A stretch of 63,959 nucleotides of DNA, the filler included, from Bigelowiella natans CCMP2755 (taxonomy: Eukaryota; Protista; Cercozoa): the NCBI GenBank assembly GCA_000320545.1. It is 13 parts of 13 records of this genome, joined end to end, with 100 filler letters (N's around TTAATTAATTAA, not from the genome) between each part and the next. Parts side by side here need not be neighbours in the genome. Positions count along the whole stretch, not along the records: positions 26,111 to 39,731 come from ADNK01002053.1; positions 39,832 to 41,085 come from ADNK01000477.1; positions 41,186 to 42,394 come from ADNK01003207.1; positions 42,495 to 45,458 come from ADNK01002749.1; positions 45,559 to 47,287 come from ADNK01002787.1; 8 more parts are not named here. One strand, 5' to 3'. The position numbers and the translations under genes were made by a program. The notes under the pieces were generated by a model, which saw only the letters and a program-made list of their open reading frames with translations, had not been told where the DNA came from and made no database searches. Every line of letters starts with the position of its first letter. Within the stretch, counting starts at the first letter, position 1. This document shows positions 33,091 to 46,094 of this stretch, in pieces.

Positions 33091-34411
33091 GGTGATAGCC
33101 TTGCAAAAATTGCCTTGTTTTTACTTCTTTGTTGTTTTTGTTCTTCTTCTTCCCACCGGCTAGGTTGGGAAGGCTAGGTTGGGAAGTGCTCTCTGTTGAG
33201 GGGGGGGTTCTCCTTCTGGTCGGGCTTGTCTGGAGGGTGTCTCTTACGACTGCACCTTCTTCTTCTCGTAAAAGAAAGAGGAGGAGCGACTGTTGTGTTT
33301 ACTTTGTCGGCTTGAAACTTTACCCGCTTCTGCTTTTTGTTGCTGATGCGGTTATTACTTGAGGATGAGGAGGATGATGAGGGTTCTTCTTCTTCTTCAG
33401 ACTCGAGCTCTTCGTACATACACTCGCACGGTGGATAACTGTTTGGGAACGATCAAGTAAAGCGCGGACAAGTGGCTTTGGGTGCGGGTCCGGAAACAAC
33501 TCTCGGTTGCTGGATCGGTTGGGTTTTGGGATGGTGGAAGCCGTCGAGGACGGAACGGCCAGCACGCAGTTAGAGCACACAAAAAGGGACTGTTTGGAGG
33601 AACATGCGACATCCTATCGTTAATGTCGCAGCTATAAAACATCTTTACTCCTTTAGAAGTTTGACCACTACCCAGGAGAGTTGCAGGAAAGTTCCTCTGA
33701 TTGGCATGGATATTTCTTGGAGACACTGAAGAACACAGTATCCCCCTCAACTCACGGCTTAGCGATAACACATTCAAAGGTGTTTTGCGATGTGATGCTC
33801 GAGGGAATGCGTCGTTGTCGTTGGCATGGTTTTCAGGGGAAAAGTATCGGATTCCGGATACTGCATGTCGACAATTTTCCAAGAATCACAAATGAGATTT
33901 ACACTTCGTTGTAGTCGTTTGAAGAAATGGTAAATTCCAGGTGGAATGACGTCATATAGTATGTCGTATTATGTAATTCTCATACATTTTTATTGTCTGC
34001 GTCAGAAATATCTCTCCCGTTCTCGCTCCGTCCACCCCACGTATTGGCCACTAAAGATTGCATCATTCGCTGCTCTCGAGAGCGCTGCAGGTGCTAATGT
34101 TCATCCTCTTGGATTTTGCATGAGTATGAAAAGATAGTAGTTTGTTAGCAGTCTCGTTGTTGAGAACCACAAAGGTAGTTTTTCGAGAGTGACCTCTTTC
34201 TTCCTCCGATGCCTGCACGCTCAAAGGGGGAAAGAGGCACAGTGCATTTAGTCTTTTCTGGAATCCAAATAAAGCTTTCCAAACGTTGGAGCTAAAAAAT
34301 TATTATTTTGTGTCATGTTTATGGGTTGCAGTTTTTAAAGGAAATAGTCGTTGAAAAAGATTGGAACAACCAGCGGACGGGCACCAACCCCCTCTCAAAC
34401 GCTCGGCAGCC

Positions 34412-35136
34412 ATGGGAATGGCATGTAGTGCTGAGCGCTATGAACCCTCCCCAACCAGCCCTATGGGCGAGACCAAAAATTCCGACGAAAAAGGCCAAGC
34501 GGTGAGTCCCTGCATTCTAATTCTTTCGTTCCTTCGTGTTTGATTTTTTGTGTGTTGCTGGTGTGTCTGTGTGTGTGTCGCCGGCTGTGTAGGATGAAAC
34601 CAGAGATATATACCTAGTTACAGTGCCTCGAGGAGCATCGACTGGCCAACAGCTCCTCATTAACACAAACCAGGTTCGCAATGTCTTCCCTCCATCATAC
34701 GGAAAATGTCGATCGTCGACGCGCGTCTGTGTGTGGTTATCCTGTCTAGATCTTTCCCCACACATTGATTCGAAAGATGCAAAACTCCTTTACAGCTTCC
34801 CCCCTCTCCTCTCTCCATACTTTTTCCTTTCTACTTTATTTACTCTGTGACATTGCACCCTCTTTTTCCTATCGGAGATGTCTACCCAATATTTGCTGAT
34901 ACGAAGAATGGCAATGCTCCCCTCCCACAGGGCGCTATGCGTGTGCGGATCCCCCCCGGCGTGGGGCCAGGGCAGCAGTTTAGAGCGTCCGTTCCACGAG
35001 CTACATCTACCCCAACTCGCGGTGGCGCGCTTAGGTGTCGCATATGTAAGAGAGATTATGCACCTCACACACATGGGGGCAATATACCATCGGTCTCGGT
35101 GTGCCGCTCAGAGGCATTTCTAACAAACAAAAAAAT

Positions 35137-35174
<38 letters not shown>

Positions 35175-36541
35175 TCATCCCTTCAAAACTAATCAGATTT
35201 TCGTCTCTTACATTGTTCTCCCTCCTCCTCTTCCTCCTCCTCATGATTTCATCCATCGTCCGCTTTCTTATCATCACCTCTCTCAGCGCCATTCCAGTGG
35301 ATAACCCTTTCCAAAACCAGGCGATGATTAGAGCATTCGAGGTAGTAGCACCTGTTTCAGCTTAGCCAGCGGCGTCCCTGCAAAACGTCGTTTAGTCGAT
35401 AAATAAAATAAAAATCGAGGAGGGAGGGGGAGACTCAATAGCAGTCGTCGTACTGTCCGGATCATTCATTTCCTTTCAGGTGAGGGGGGCAGGCAGTTCC
35501 GTCGTGAATGGCGTCTATCAAGCAGATCAGCAAGTTGATGGCGTGCAGGCTTACCGCAAAGTGGGCACCAACATCATGCTCCACCGGTCTGTGAGACGAC
35601 TTCAATAGTAGCAGTTGTAGTAGCAGTAGTAGTAGTAGCAGTAGAAGTAGTGCTAATATTGAGGAGGAAGGAAACTTTATCCCAGTTTAATGTGTTAGCA
35701 GTAGTAGTAACATCGTCATTTCCTTGGCAGATATCCAAACACCGAGCGAAGGGGTACATCGATCTGGTGGATCGCAGATTGGGGCCCAGGAAGGCGCCCT
35801 GCGGACGGCGACGACACCGATTACTACTTCGCCAGCAGCTCACTTGGTCTCCCACCACAGGTAGTCGCAGTAGCAGCAGTAGCAGCAGTAGCAGTAGTAG
35901 CAGTAGTAGTAGCTCTGAAAGCACGTTATCTCTCCGACGAGTGCAGAGCAAGTAAGCAGGCCCCTTTCTCCATTGCGTCTCTTCGTTGTTCATAAGCCTC
36001 ATTCATCATCATCATCATTCCTCATTATTCATCATTATTCTCTTAGAGCGGCTGGCGAATCGATAGCAAGTGTGATGGAGGCTTGCCCGCACCTGTAGTG
36101 GCTCCTCATGGGGTCTCTGTGCAGTACTACCAGCAGCAGATACATCACCAACAACAGCAGCAGCTAACGCATAGCAGAGGCGGAGGTCACTGCCGTTTTT
36201 CTCTCATTCCTCCCTCCCCCCCCCCCCCCCCCTCGAAATATTCACGTGAAAAGTTATGTAGCGGAGTTTTATGAAAGGGCGCCGATTGTACCTAACTCTG
36301 GTGCGCTCCCTTCCCACGCTATGCACGCCACCGCAACGATTTTTATCAGCTTTTGTGATGAATTGCGTGTCTTAGCATCATCGTTGGAGAGGATAATATG
36401 TTTGATTTATTTGCAATGGTAGCTCCCATCCAGCTGATAAGGAGTCTTCCCGAAAGCAAATACCACTGGTCCGTGCGCCTACGTGTGATCTGCAGCAGCC
36501 CGCCCCTCCCTTTTTGCGTGTTTCTTTTTCTTCTTCTGGTG

Positions 36542-36590
<49 letters not shown>

Positions 36591-37483
36591 CTCTCGCTCT
36601 CACTTGGCCTGATTAGCTTTCCTCTCTGATATGAATAAAATCCCTGCTGCTGCTGCAGTCGCAAACAGTCGGTGGCGACATCGCCATCATCCGAGACGCC
36701 AAAGAAAGCAATGCCATCTGTGGAAGGGGTGGAGAAAGAGAATGGGGTAGACGAAGTAAAGGCCTCGGAGCCTCCCTCCAAGGTAGTAGCAATGGCAATA
36801 ATCAATAGCCTAAGAAGAGACCGTTTGTTTTCTGCTCAACTGAGGCACAGGAAGAGTATAGAAACGACGTCGATGACGGTGATGATGATGATGATGATGA
36901 TGTTGATGATGATGATGATGAAGAAGTGGTGGGAAAAGCTTCTTTATCGTCTTGATTCCCTTATTGCATCCTCCTCTTTCCTCCTCTCCTCCTCTTCATC
37001 ACCGTATGATGATGTCGTCGTCACACAGGAAAAGAATGGTTTCTGCCGGACCACGAACGAGACATGTTGCATCTGCCTAGAGAGCTTCAAGGAGGGCGAG
37101 TCGATAATACGGTTGCCCTGCTTCCACATCTTCCACTCCGCTGAGGTAAGTAGTGTATTCATTCATTATAGCCTCTTCTGAAAGTAGTTGTAGTAGTTGT
37201 AGCAGGAGCAGTAGTAGCAGGGGCAGCAGCGTGAGAAGTGTGAGAGAGTGAGTGCATGAGCGCATGCGCACGAGCCAGAAAGTCGTTACTGTTTGGTCAA
37301 CTGTTTCTATCTAAGTGTGAAAACATGTTCTCTCTCTTTCTATCTTTCTCTCTCTATCTTTCTCACTCTCTTTCTTGAAATGCTTTGCAGATCAGCAAAT
37401 GGCTGCTCAAGAACCACCGATGCCCTCTATGCCAGACGTCTATCCTGCGAGGATTCATGGAGATCGACGAGAAGGCATCCTAG
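34412..37483 (+). CDS. RING-H2 E3 ubiquitin ligase-like protein
   Basis: CCICLESFKEGESIIRLPCFHIFHSAE|ISKWLLKNHRCPLCQ near the C-terminus. Upstream exons include IRSLPESKY and VRGAGSSVVNGVY. Confidence 0.8.
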
Positions 37484-38320
37484 GAGAAGCTGTTCGCTTT
37501 AGTGCTGTTGCTGTACGGCCTAGTCGTAGAACGCCCTGCTGGAGAGGAAGAATCACTTTAAGAATATGGGAAAGCTATCTCCTACCCTTTCCCCTGATCG
37601 ATAAAACTGTAAATACTATCACAGATAGGCTATGGATAAGACTAGCGCATGCAAGCTGCGCGTACACCGTTCGGAGGGCACAGCGCGTTGTGGTTCATAA
37701 CCGCAAATGTGCGCAATGTACATCACACAGTGCATTAGCATTGGTGGTGCCGCAATGATGCTATGCAGCTAGGCACTGTAAATGCTTTTTTGTCATCTTA
37801 AAAACTATGCGTATACGTGCTGTGTCTATTATTGTCGCAGAGGCATCTGATACGATGCAACAATGTGCTACGCCTTGGCGTGTCCATCCACTGCCGCCTG
37901 TGTCATGTGCATGTCTAACAGTCAAGACTAATAGATGGTGGCCGCCGCATGGACAATGGTAGTTAGCCTGTTGTGATGGTAATTAGCCTGTTAGCCTGTT
38001 ACGGTTGTGGTTGTGCATAGCAGTCTGCATAGCACACTCCTGGATCGATCAGCGAAGTGAATCATCTAATACATATCACTGTAGATCTTGACATGGCTAC
38101 ATGGCTAGATGCTAGAGATGGGCCATAGCATAGGTGGGCCAAACCTACTCTTGCATCGGTATAAATACACTGTGCGTGCATTTGCATTCGCATCCATGCT
38201 GTTGCCAGTGAATCAGCGTGCATGCATTGTGTTGAGCTCTACACCCCGATTGACACACTGATCTTGGCTCCAGCCTGGCTATAAGAACGTCGAGACAGAG
38301 AGCTGCACGTACATCGGTAG

Positions 38321-38589
38321 CTATTTCTTATTTTTCTTCTTTTTTTTTTCTTTCTTCCTAATGTTTTTATTCTTCTTGTTTCCCTTCGCAGCCGCCACCT
38401 TACCTCGCTTGCTCTTGGATTTCATTCCTTTCTTTGTCTCCCTCAAGTGCTGCATGATCTTCGATATGGCTTCGGTTATTCTCGGATCGAATTTGGGCGC
38501 CTGTAGCTAGCAAAGCAAAACAAAATGTATCTTGGGGAAGCAGATGAAATACTGCGAGAGACTCATATAACCTTCGTTATAAAAATATA

Positions 38590-38629
<40 letters not shown>

Positions 38630-39690
38630 CATTTCCAAACGCATAATACGGTCCCCGACACTGCAGACTGATGCATGGTGGTAGCAGCAGGTGCTATTAT
38701 TACCATCTGCTTGGCAGAACCGAGCAATTGCTTTACTTTCAGCCTTTTGGCCCCCATGTCCGTTATGTTCGCAAGATCCGCAACGGCCTCTTCTAAATCG
38801 CGCACAGCTGCCTACATAATACACACCGAAACACACACACACACACTTAAACCATGCATTTATATGTTGAATAGATACATGCTGTGTGAATAGCATATGG
38901 AGATATTCGTGACTTTTCCGCTCGCTGTCTTCCTCTCTTTTGATGTCGCAGCAGCCTGCACTGCTTTGGCAGTAACAGCAGCTGCCTCACTGCCGCCCTG
39001 ATCTGCTTCTATGGACGCCGTCTTGCGGGATTTATCGACGTCTATCATCATTCGCCGCTGCTGTGCAGCTTCCTCGTCATCATCATCGTCATCATCGTCA
39101 TCTTGTTCTGTCGTGATAATGGCGAACTTCCTAGCCTGAGCGGTGGAACAGGAAGAGAAGAAGAAGAAGAAGAAGAAGAAGAAGAGTAACAAGAAGGCGG
39201 ATCATTAAATCTCCTTTATTCAAAAAGAACAAACAAATATTCGAGCATCATCGCCGCCAACGAGTAGCTCGTGAGCTCTCGCTATGAAACGGAATAGTAG
39301 TACAGTAGTAGTAGTAGTAGAAGTAGTAGTAGTATTTTAGTAGTAGTAGTTTTTCTTGCAGTAGCTCACGAAAGACAAATCACCCAAGATTCATTTCCAA
39401 CCCCTTAAGCAGCGGCACCCCGTATTGAAGTCCTGGCAGCGAGGCAATGCGAAGGAACCTCGCAACTGGGTACTTTAATCTGTACGACTGCATCAACGAG
39501 GCAAAGGGGTTGGGGGGGGGGGGGAGAGAGAAAGAGTGACAGCAAAGTAAGTAGTTGGATCCGTGAGGTTGTAGTAGTAGTCGTCGTGGTAGCTGTGTTC
39601 TCCTGCTCCTTACCTTCAACAGCACATCAAGCATGTGCTGGCGCATTCTATCAGCCAAATCGTCCATTAGATAAGCGCTGAGGGGCAGCA
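38321..39690 (-). CDS. C-terminal part of a hypothetical protein with an acidic tract and a Lys-rich (nucleolar-like) tail
   Basis: Exons give MDDLADRMRQHMLDVLLK, LKYPVARFLRIASLPG, AAVRDLEEAVADLAN and APKFDPRITEAISKI...KKEKKKKKNKK*. Confidence 0.6.
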
Positions 39691-39966
39691 GTAGAAGTGA
39701 TAGTAAGTAGTAGTAGTAGTAGCAGCAGCAGNNNNNNNNNNNNNNNNNNNNNNNNNNNNNNNNNNNNNNNNNNNNTTAATTAATTAANNNNNNNNNNNNN
39801 NNNNNNNNNNNNNNNNNNNNNNNNNNNNNNNGTGGGGCCCCAGGGGGTACAAGTTGTAGAGTGCTTTTTCTTATCCAGGCGCGGGGGAAAAAAACAGATA
39901 ATCCCGTGGGGAATTTGAAACGCATGCGTTTTTCCCCCCCCCCCCCCCCTTTCCCCCTTCTTTCAG

Positions 39967-40520
39967 CAACCTGTCGCAGCGCAAGTCGCGTTCAAACACG
40001 TGCAGTCTTGGATGTTTCTCCGGGGAGGCATCCTCAAGTACGAGAAGTGCGGCGACGCGCGTGAGGGCGCCCCGGATCACGTATGCAGCGTTCTTCCCCG
40101 CAGACACACACATCCACACAAACATGTTCGCGCACACAAACACAAAGACACAAACACACGCACACGCACACGCGTCGTGCTGCACGTCCACACGTCCACA
40201 CACATCGAAACAATAGGAAATTAAAAAAAAGCATTGGCAGTAGCAGCAGCCGCCGCCGCACACACCTCCAAACAGAGCCATACCGATATCGTGTTGTATG
40301 CGTGCAGGCGGTGCTGATCGTGGGATACGGCACGCACCGCGACGGAACCGAGTACTGGAAAGTGAAGAACAGCTGGGGTAGTAGCAGCAGCAGCAGCAGT
40401 TAGGTGTTGGTTGTTCTTGTTGTTGCGGAAGACAACAACCTCAAGATAGATATACATCTACTAAAATAAAACCTATCAATGACAAACGTGGGCGCCATCC
40501 TTCACTGCAGTACTAATATC

Positions 40521-40551
<31 letters not shown>

Positions 40552-40940
40552 CTGCTTCTTCATTATTATCATCTTCTTCTTTTCTCCTTCGTCTTGTGTA
40601 AAGGCACGGAGTGGGGGGAGAGGGCTACTTCTATCTGGAGCGGAACGCGTGGAAGAGGCTGGAGAAGACGCGGAGAGTCACGAGAAGGCTCAAGGCAGGT
40701 CGGAATGATGATGCAACAACAACAACAACAACAAGATAGAACGCCAACACGAATAATCGAAAGAATCGGAATTTATGACGTGTGGGGGGGAGAGGACAAT
40801 AAAATGTATAATCAGCTGAAAACCGAATGGGGACTTTAGTGTAAATCCCCCCCCCCCCCTCCCTCCTCACAAAAATGGTCGGTGTTCAGGCACGTGTCAG
40901 ATTGCGTCGTTGGCGATGTATCCCAAAGGCCCTATCGAGT
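39967..40940 (+). CDS. papain-family (C1A) cysteine protease, C-terminal fragment
   Basis: PDH|AVLIVGYG (catalytic His), YWKVKNSWG (catalytic Asn), then TEWGEEGYFYLER. Confidence 0.88.
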
Positions 40941-40962
40941 ATGCGTGCGGCCACTTTCTCTA

Positions 40963-41027
<65 letters not shown>

Positions 41028-41289
41028 CACGTACACACATACTCACACGCACACGCACACGCACATGCACACGTACCATGGCATANNNNNNNNNNNNNNN
41101 NNNNNNNNNNNNNNNNNNNNNNNNNNNNNTTAATTAATTAANNNNNNNNNNNNNNNNNNNNNNNNNNNNNNNNNNNNNNNNNNNNGAAGACAATCTGCTG
41201 AAGTTACGGTAGATTGTTGGAGATCTAAACTTCCATCCGAATCCTCCATGTACACTCCTAATTGAGTTACATTCCCTATATCTACATCA

Positions 41290-42015
41290 CTAGTCAAAAC
41301 AGCACTTCTGATCACTTCGTTGGAAGGCAAGTGGATCGTTAGCAGGATCAACGTTGCACGAGTATCCTTCCCACATCTTAGCAAAACAGCGATTGTTGTT
41401 TGGGTAGCGAAATGGTATGCTTGCTGGACAACCATTTTCAAGCTTCTGGCCACCTCCGAGTGCAGGAAAGCAGGAGCAACATTTTTTGTCATTTCGTTGG
41501 AAGGAAAGTGGATCATTAGCTGGGTCCACATTGCACATGCTGCCTCCCCATACCTTCTCGAAGCAACGGTTGTTACCCGGGTAACGATTTGGAGTTGCCT
41601 CAGGACAACCATTGTCCAACTTTTTACAGTATTGAGTTGGAGCAGGAGCGGCCGTGCAACATTTTTTGTCATTTCGTTGGTAGGCAAGTGGATCATTAGC
41701 TGGGTCCACATTGCACATGTTGCCTCCCCATACCTTCTCGAAGCAACGGTTATTAGCCGGATAACGATTTGGCATGGTCTCAGGACAACCATTGTCTAGC
41801 GTTTTACAGTATTGAGATTCAGTAGGATTAGGAGTAGGCATTGGCGTTGGAGGCGGTGTTGGAAATGCTGTTGGGTACGTGGAAGATGCGATTCCGTTTT
41901 CGAATGCTTTGTGTTGTGGGAATTCGACATCCTCGATGAGGGAAGAGTTAGCCTTCTGCTCAGTCAAGGCAGACACTTGAGCGAAGAGAGCGGTCACGAG
42001 AGCGATCGAAAACAT
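41290..42015 (-). CDS. secreted protein with a PT-rich linker and three tandem 60-aa Cys-rich repeats, intronless
   Basis: Signal peptide MFSIALVTALFAQVSA, then YPTAFPTPPPTPMPTPNPT, then three copies of L(D/E)NGCP...RYP.NNRCF.K.W.G..CNVDPANDPL..QR.D.KCC at a 180-bp period. Confidence 0.85.
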   Translation of the reverse strand: MFSIALVTALFAQVSALTEQKANSSLIEDVEFPQHKAFENGIASSTYPTAFPTPPPTPMPTPNPTESQYCKTLDNGCPETMPNRYPANNRCFEKVWGGNMCNVDPANDPLAYQRNDKKCCTAAPAPTQYCKKLDNGCPEATPNRYPGNNRCFEKVWGGSMCNVDPANDPLSFQRNDKKCCSCFPALGGGQKLENGCPASIPFRYPNNNRCFAKMWEGYSCNVDPANDPLAFQRSDQKCCFD

Positions 42016-42494
42016 TGGAGCTAGGGCACAACGAGGATATGGATTATGGAGAGGTGCTGTGAATGTGAATAGGAGGTTCACTGATCTGAGGGAATGCTTT
42101 GGTGTTTCCTATTTTAGAGCTGCTAATTGATGTTGAAAACAATGCTGCGACATGCTCATACTGCTCATTCTACCTCAGAACACCCTACATTTTCATTAAA
42201 TAAAAAATCATTTATTTTTGCGCTCTACATTGATGGATTGATCATGTTAATAATATCTCCATTTACTGTTAACGACAATGCTAAGTGCTTTTTAATGCAG
42301 CAGAATAATTGGGTTTGTGTGCAAAGGAGATTTCTGAACTCTGCTTCGGTATTTAAGAAAAAAAGAAATGTACAATCTGAACAAGAAGTACCATNNNNNN
42401 NNNNNNNNNNNNNNNNNNNNNNNNNNNNNNNNNNNNNNTTAATTAATTAANNNNNNNNNNNNNNNNNNNNNNNNNNNNNNNNNNNNNNNNNNNN

Positions 42495-42532
<38 letters not shown>

Positions 42533-42659
42533 AGAAGGGAAGAGGCTATTCATCTGCACGCATTTGCTACTCAACCCTCTTCCACGGCAAGCATCGCCAC
42601 GAAGCGCGCCATGCTTCAGCTGATCATCACCGGCACGATGGTGCTACCCATTTCGATAG

Positions 42660-43596
42660 GACTGATGCTTTCCGTCGATCGAGGAATATGCGAAAATGAC
42701 TCCGATTTCAGACGAAAGACGTGGGGGAAACCAAGGCAATTGGCATGAATGAAAAGCCCTCAAAAAAAGATTGCAGTGTCTCTCGAGGTTTTTGTGTAGA
42801 AGTTGCGATCTTCCGGTTATTAATTAATATATTGCGGTCATCTTCGCTGATGGAGTACGACGCGGGGGGGCCAAAGACCGAAGCAGATTTTACGATTCCC
42901 AATGCCATTTTTTGTTTTTTTTCAAACAGCACAAACACGGGCTTTGACAATTGAATCGATGTTTTCCATAGTCATGCGGAGTAGTTCAGATGCAGGTTTG
43001 TTTGTCCTCTTTCGTTGCCCTCTCTTGTCCCCAGGTACAAAGCAGGAAAAGGCCTATACGGCCGCACACTTGGCATCATCGGCATAGGAAGAATCGGTAG
43101 TTTCAGCCATTTCGCTGCGGGGAGAGAAGGGGAGGAAAGGAGGGGAGGGGGGCGAGAGGGGCATGTGGTCGTTCGCATCATGCATTCGTTTTGCTTTGCG
43201 TAAACACAACTGCTTATGTTCATCCCGCCCTCATTTTGAACGGGAAACACACACAGGGCAGGAAGTAGCAAAGAGAGCTCTGGCATTCGGGATGCACGTC
43301 AAGGCGTTCGGTCGGTCCTTCAAAAAGGAGGTGTTGCGTGGTGTAGCTGCGAGCTGTGCGTGTACGTGCATGTGCATGTGTGTGTGCATGTGCATGTGCA
43401 TGCATGTGCGAGCAGCGCGATTGAAAGCTTTGGTGGCACTATCTGAGTGGAATGGCGGCCCACCTCATGATGCAGGAGGCGGATGATATTGGGGTTGAGC
43501 GCTGTGATACGATAGCAGAGGTAATGGCAGAGGAGAAAGGTTGCAAAAGGAGTGGTTTGGTGCAATGTATATATGTATCAATGTATATATGTATCA

Positions 43597-43638
<42 letters not shown>

Positions 43639-43767
43639 TTGTGTGTTTGTGTGTGTGTGTGTGCATAGTGCAACTAGAAATGCTGTACTTAAATTCGTTT
43701 CGAGCTGCGCAGTTGTTGATGATGATGTTTTGTTGTTGTGGTTGTTGATGATGATGATGATGATGTT

Positions 43768-43802
<35 letters not shown>

Positions 43803-44617
43803 GAAATTGCTTTTCTTGTCGTCGTTACTGCCTTTGTTACTATCGTTGTTGTTGTTGTCCTCATTGTGCCCGCAGGTGCTGAGAAGCAGTGACTTCGTAT
43901 CCATCCATTTGCCGTATTCCGAAGACACGAGGTCAGTGGAGACAATGAGTGCGCCCCATAATGTTTCATGTTTAAGAGCCTTCTTCTAAGTACGTTTGGA
44001 AGAATGGAGATGAGAACTGCGTTGGTAAATGTCGTTGCGAGTCATGTCTGATATATGTGCCAAAACCTATGAAAATATAGCAATATAATCTCCACACCGG
44101 AGCTCGCTCTAATGAAGCCAGAGGCCGTTATCATCAATATGGCGAGAGGTAGTACAGTAGATTGTACATATGTAAATATATATATATATATATATATATA
44201 ATATGGAACATGTTCTCCTACATTTACAAATAAATTTTTTCGCGTAAAGTATCCTGCTTGTTTGTGTGTTTGTGTGTGTGTGTGTGTGTTTGCTGTTGAT
44301 GTGCATCGATCAGGAGGAGTATTAGACGAATCCGCTCTTGCTGCTGCGGTAAGAGTAGCTCGTCATATTAATCCGTGTGAAAAGGATTATATCTCGGTGT
44401 TTGTGCGGCTGTGTGTATGTTCTGTATGTGTGTGTGTGTGTGTGTGTTTGTTTAAATTGAATTGAATTGAACGCCATACGTACTCCTTCCTATCACAGGT
44501 AGCAGAAGGAAGAATCATGGGCGCTGCAGATGTGTTTGAAGATGAACCTACACGATTAGGTGGTGGTGGTGTGTATTGAGGGTTAAGCAGTCGACCTAGC
44601 AGTCGCGTGTGACTCTA

Positions 44618-44654
<37 letters not shown>

Positions 44655-45130
44655 ATACACATATATGAATATAGAACACGTTTCAATATCTTATGATAGG
44701 CGAGGAAATACGCAGCCCGCTAGCTGAATTAAAGGGATTTCAAGGTCCGTGGATTGGCCGCACATACAAATTTAACCAGGAGGGCATGGAAGAGCACTCA
44801 CAAATACAAAACAAAAGCACGCAAAGCTCGTATGAGCATTGAAAGGCTAGCTGTGTATGTGTGGATATCCGTGCGTTTTGTAATAGCACTAGTGCGAGCT
44901 ATGGACATGTGCTGGATATTATTATTATGTCAATGATGAAAATGCCGGACTAACGGCGTTATTGCAGGAACCCACCACATAGGAGGCAGCACCAAGCAAG
45001 CGCAGGACGCTGTCGGAGAAGGTCGGTTTTGCATACGCAATGCATGCGCGTTGGGAATCTGAACCACATCTTGACATTTGCGCATATACCTGAGAGCAAA
45101 AATATATAGCACATAATATTTATGTCATAC

Positions 45131-45164
<34 letters not shown>

Positions 45165-45278
45165 CTACATACATATTTATATATATACACATATATTAAA
45201 AATAATGTATTCTTTATTTATCTCGTCATTACAGCGGTTCTTTCGATCCTTGCCCGCCACTTTTCAAGTCCTGGCTAA
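42660..45278 (+). CDS. D-3-phosphoglycerate dehydrogenase-like D-2-hydroxyacid dehydrogenase, 5'-partial
   Basis: GLYGRTLGIIGIGRIG (Rossmann fold), EVAKRALAFGM, SDFVSIHLP, MKPEAVIINMARG|GVLDE, AADVFEDEP and THHIGGSTKQAQ. Confidence 0.87.
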
Positions 45279-45388
45279 CTTGTCCATAGTCGATGAATTT
45301 GCATAACAGTTTGATATTAAAAATCGTTTTTTATAATTTCGCGTGGTTGTTGGAATAGCAGCTTTATCTCGCGCACGTACAGATACTA

Positions 45389-45458
<70 letters not shown>

Positions 45459-45558
45459 NNNNNNNNNNNNNNNNNNNNNNNNNNNNNNNNNNNNNNNNNN
45501 NNTTAATTAATTAANNNNNNNNNNNNNNNNNNNNNNNNNNNNNNNNNNNNNNNNNNNN

Positions 45559-45890
45559 CAATGCGTCTAGGCATGGGATGTAGTCGTCCGGTCTCTCCTT
45601 CAACCTGGAGAGAGGGGGGGAGATGGCGAGAAGAATGGCGTGGGGTCATCACCGCAGCAGCAGCGGCACTTCGCCTCTCTCCTCGTGCGGGGGGGCATTC
45701 TACGAGATGGGCTTGAGGGCCTCAAGATGTGCCTGAGGGTGAGCGAGAGAGAGAGAGAGAAGGGAGGGGGGGGGCTACAACACGAAACACCATGAAGACC
45801 GTGATAGAGAGACTTTCTTCATCATTCATCGGTGGGTAGGGCATAGACTTTTTACCACGCGATCGACGAGTATTATAATAGACATGTAAT

Positions 45891-45933
<43 letters not shown>

Positions 45934-46094
45934 CTTAGTGTCCATCATGAGTTATTGTTGGCCCGTGAATAACCACCACCACCACCTCTTCATTATTTCC
46001 AGGAGCACAAGGCTTTGGGCAAGGTGCTCAACCCAGCAAGACGTAGACGAATGCAGGTTCTAGATGCCCTGCTAGCAAAAGCTGACGCCGAATA
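45559..46094 (+). CDS. last exons of an unknown protein
   Basis: ...FYEMGLEGLKMCLR|EHKALGKVLNPARRRRMQVLDALLAKADAE* with a GT-AG intron containing (TA)n. Confidence 0.45.

Noticed and set aside
41130-41799. alternative-frame repeat ORFs (220 aa minus, 159 aa plus)
   Set aside because: By-products of the 180-bp repeat of the real secreted-protein frame.
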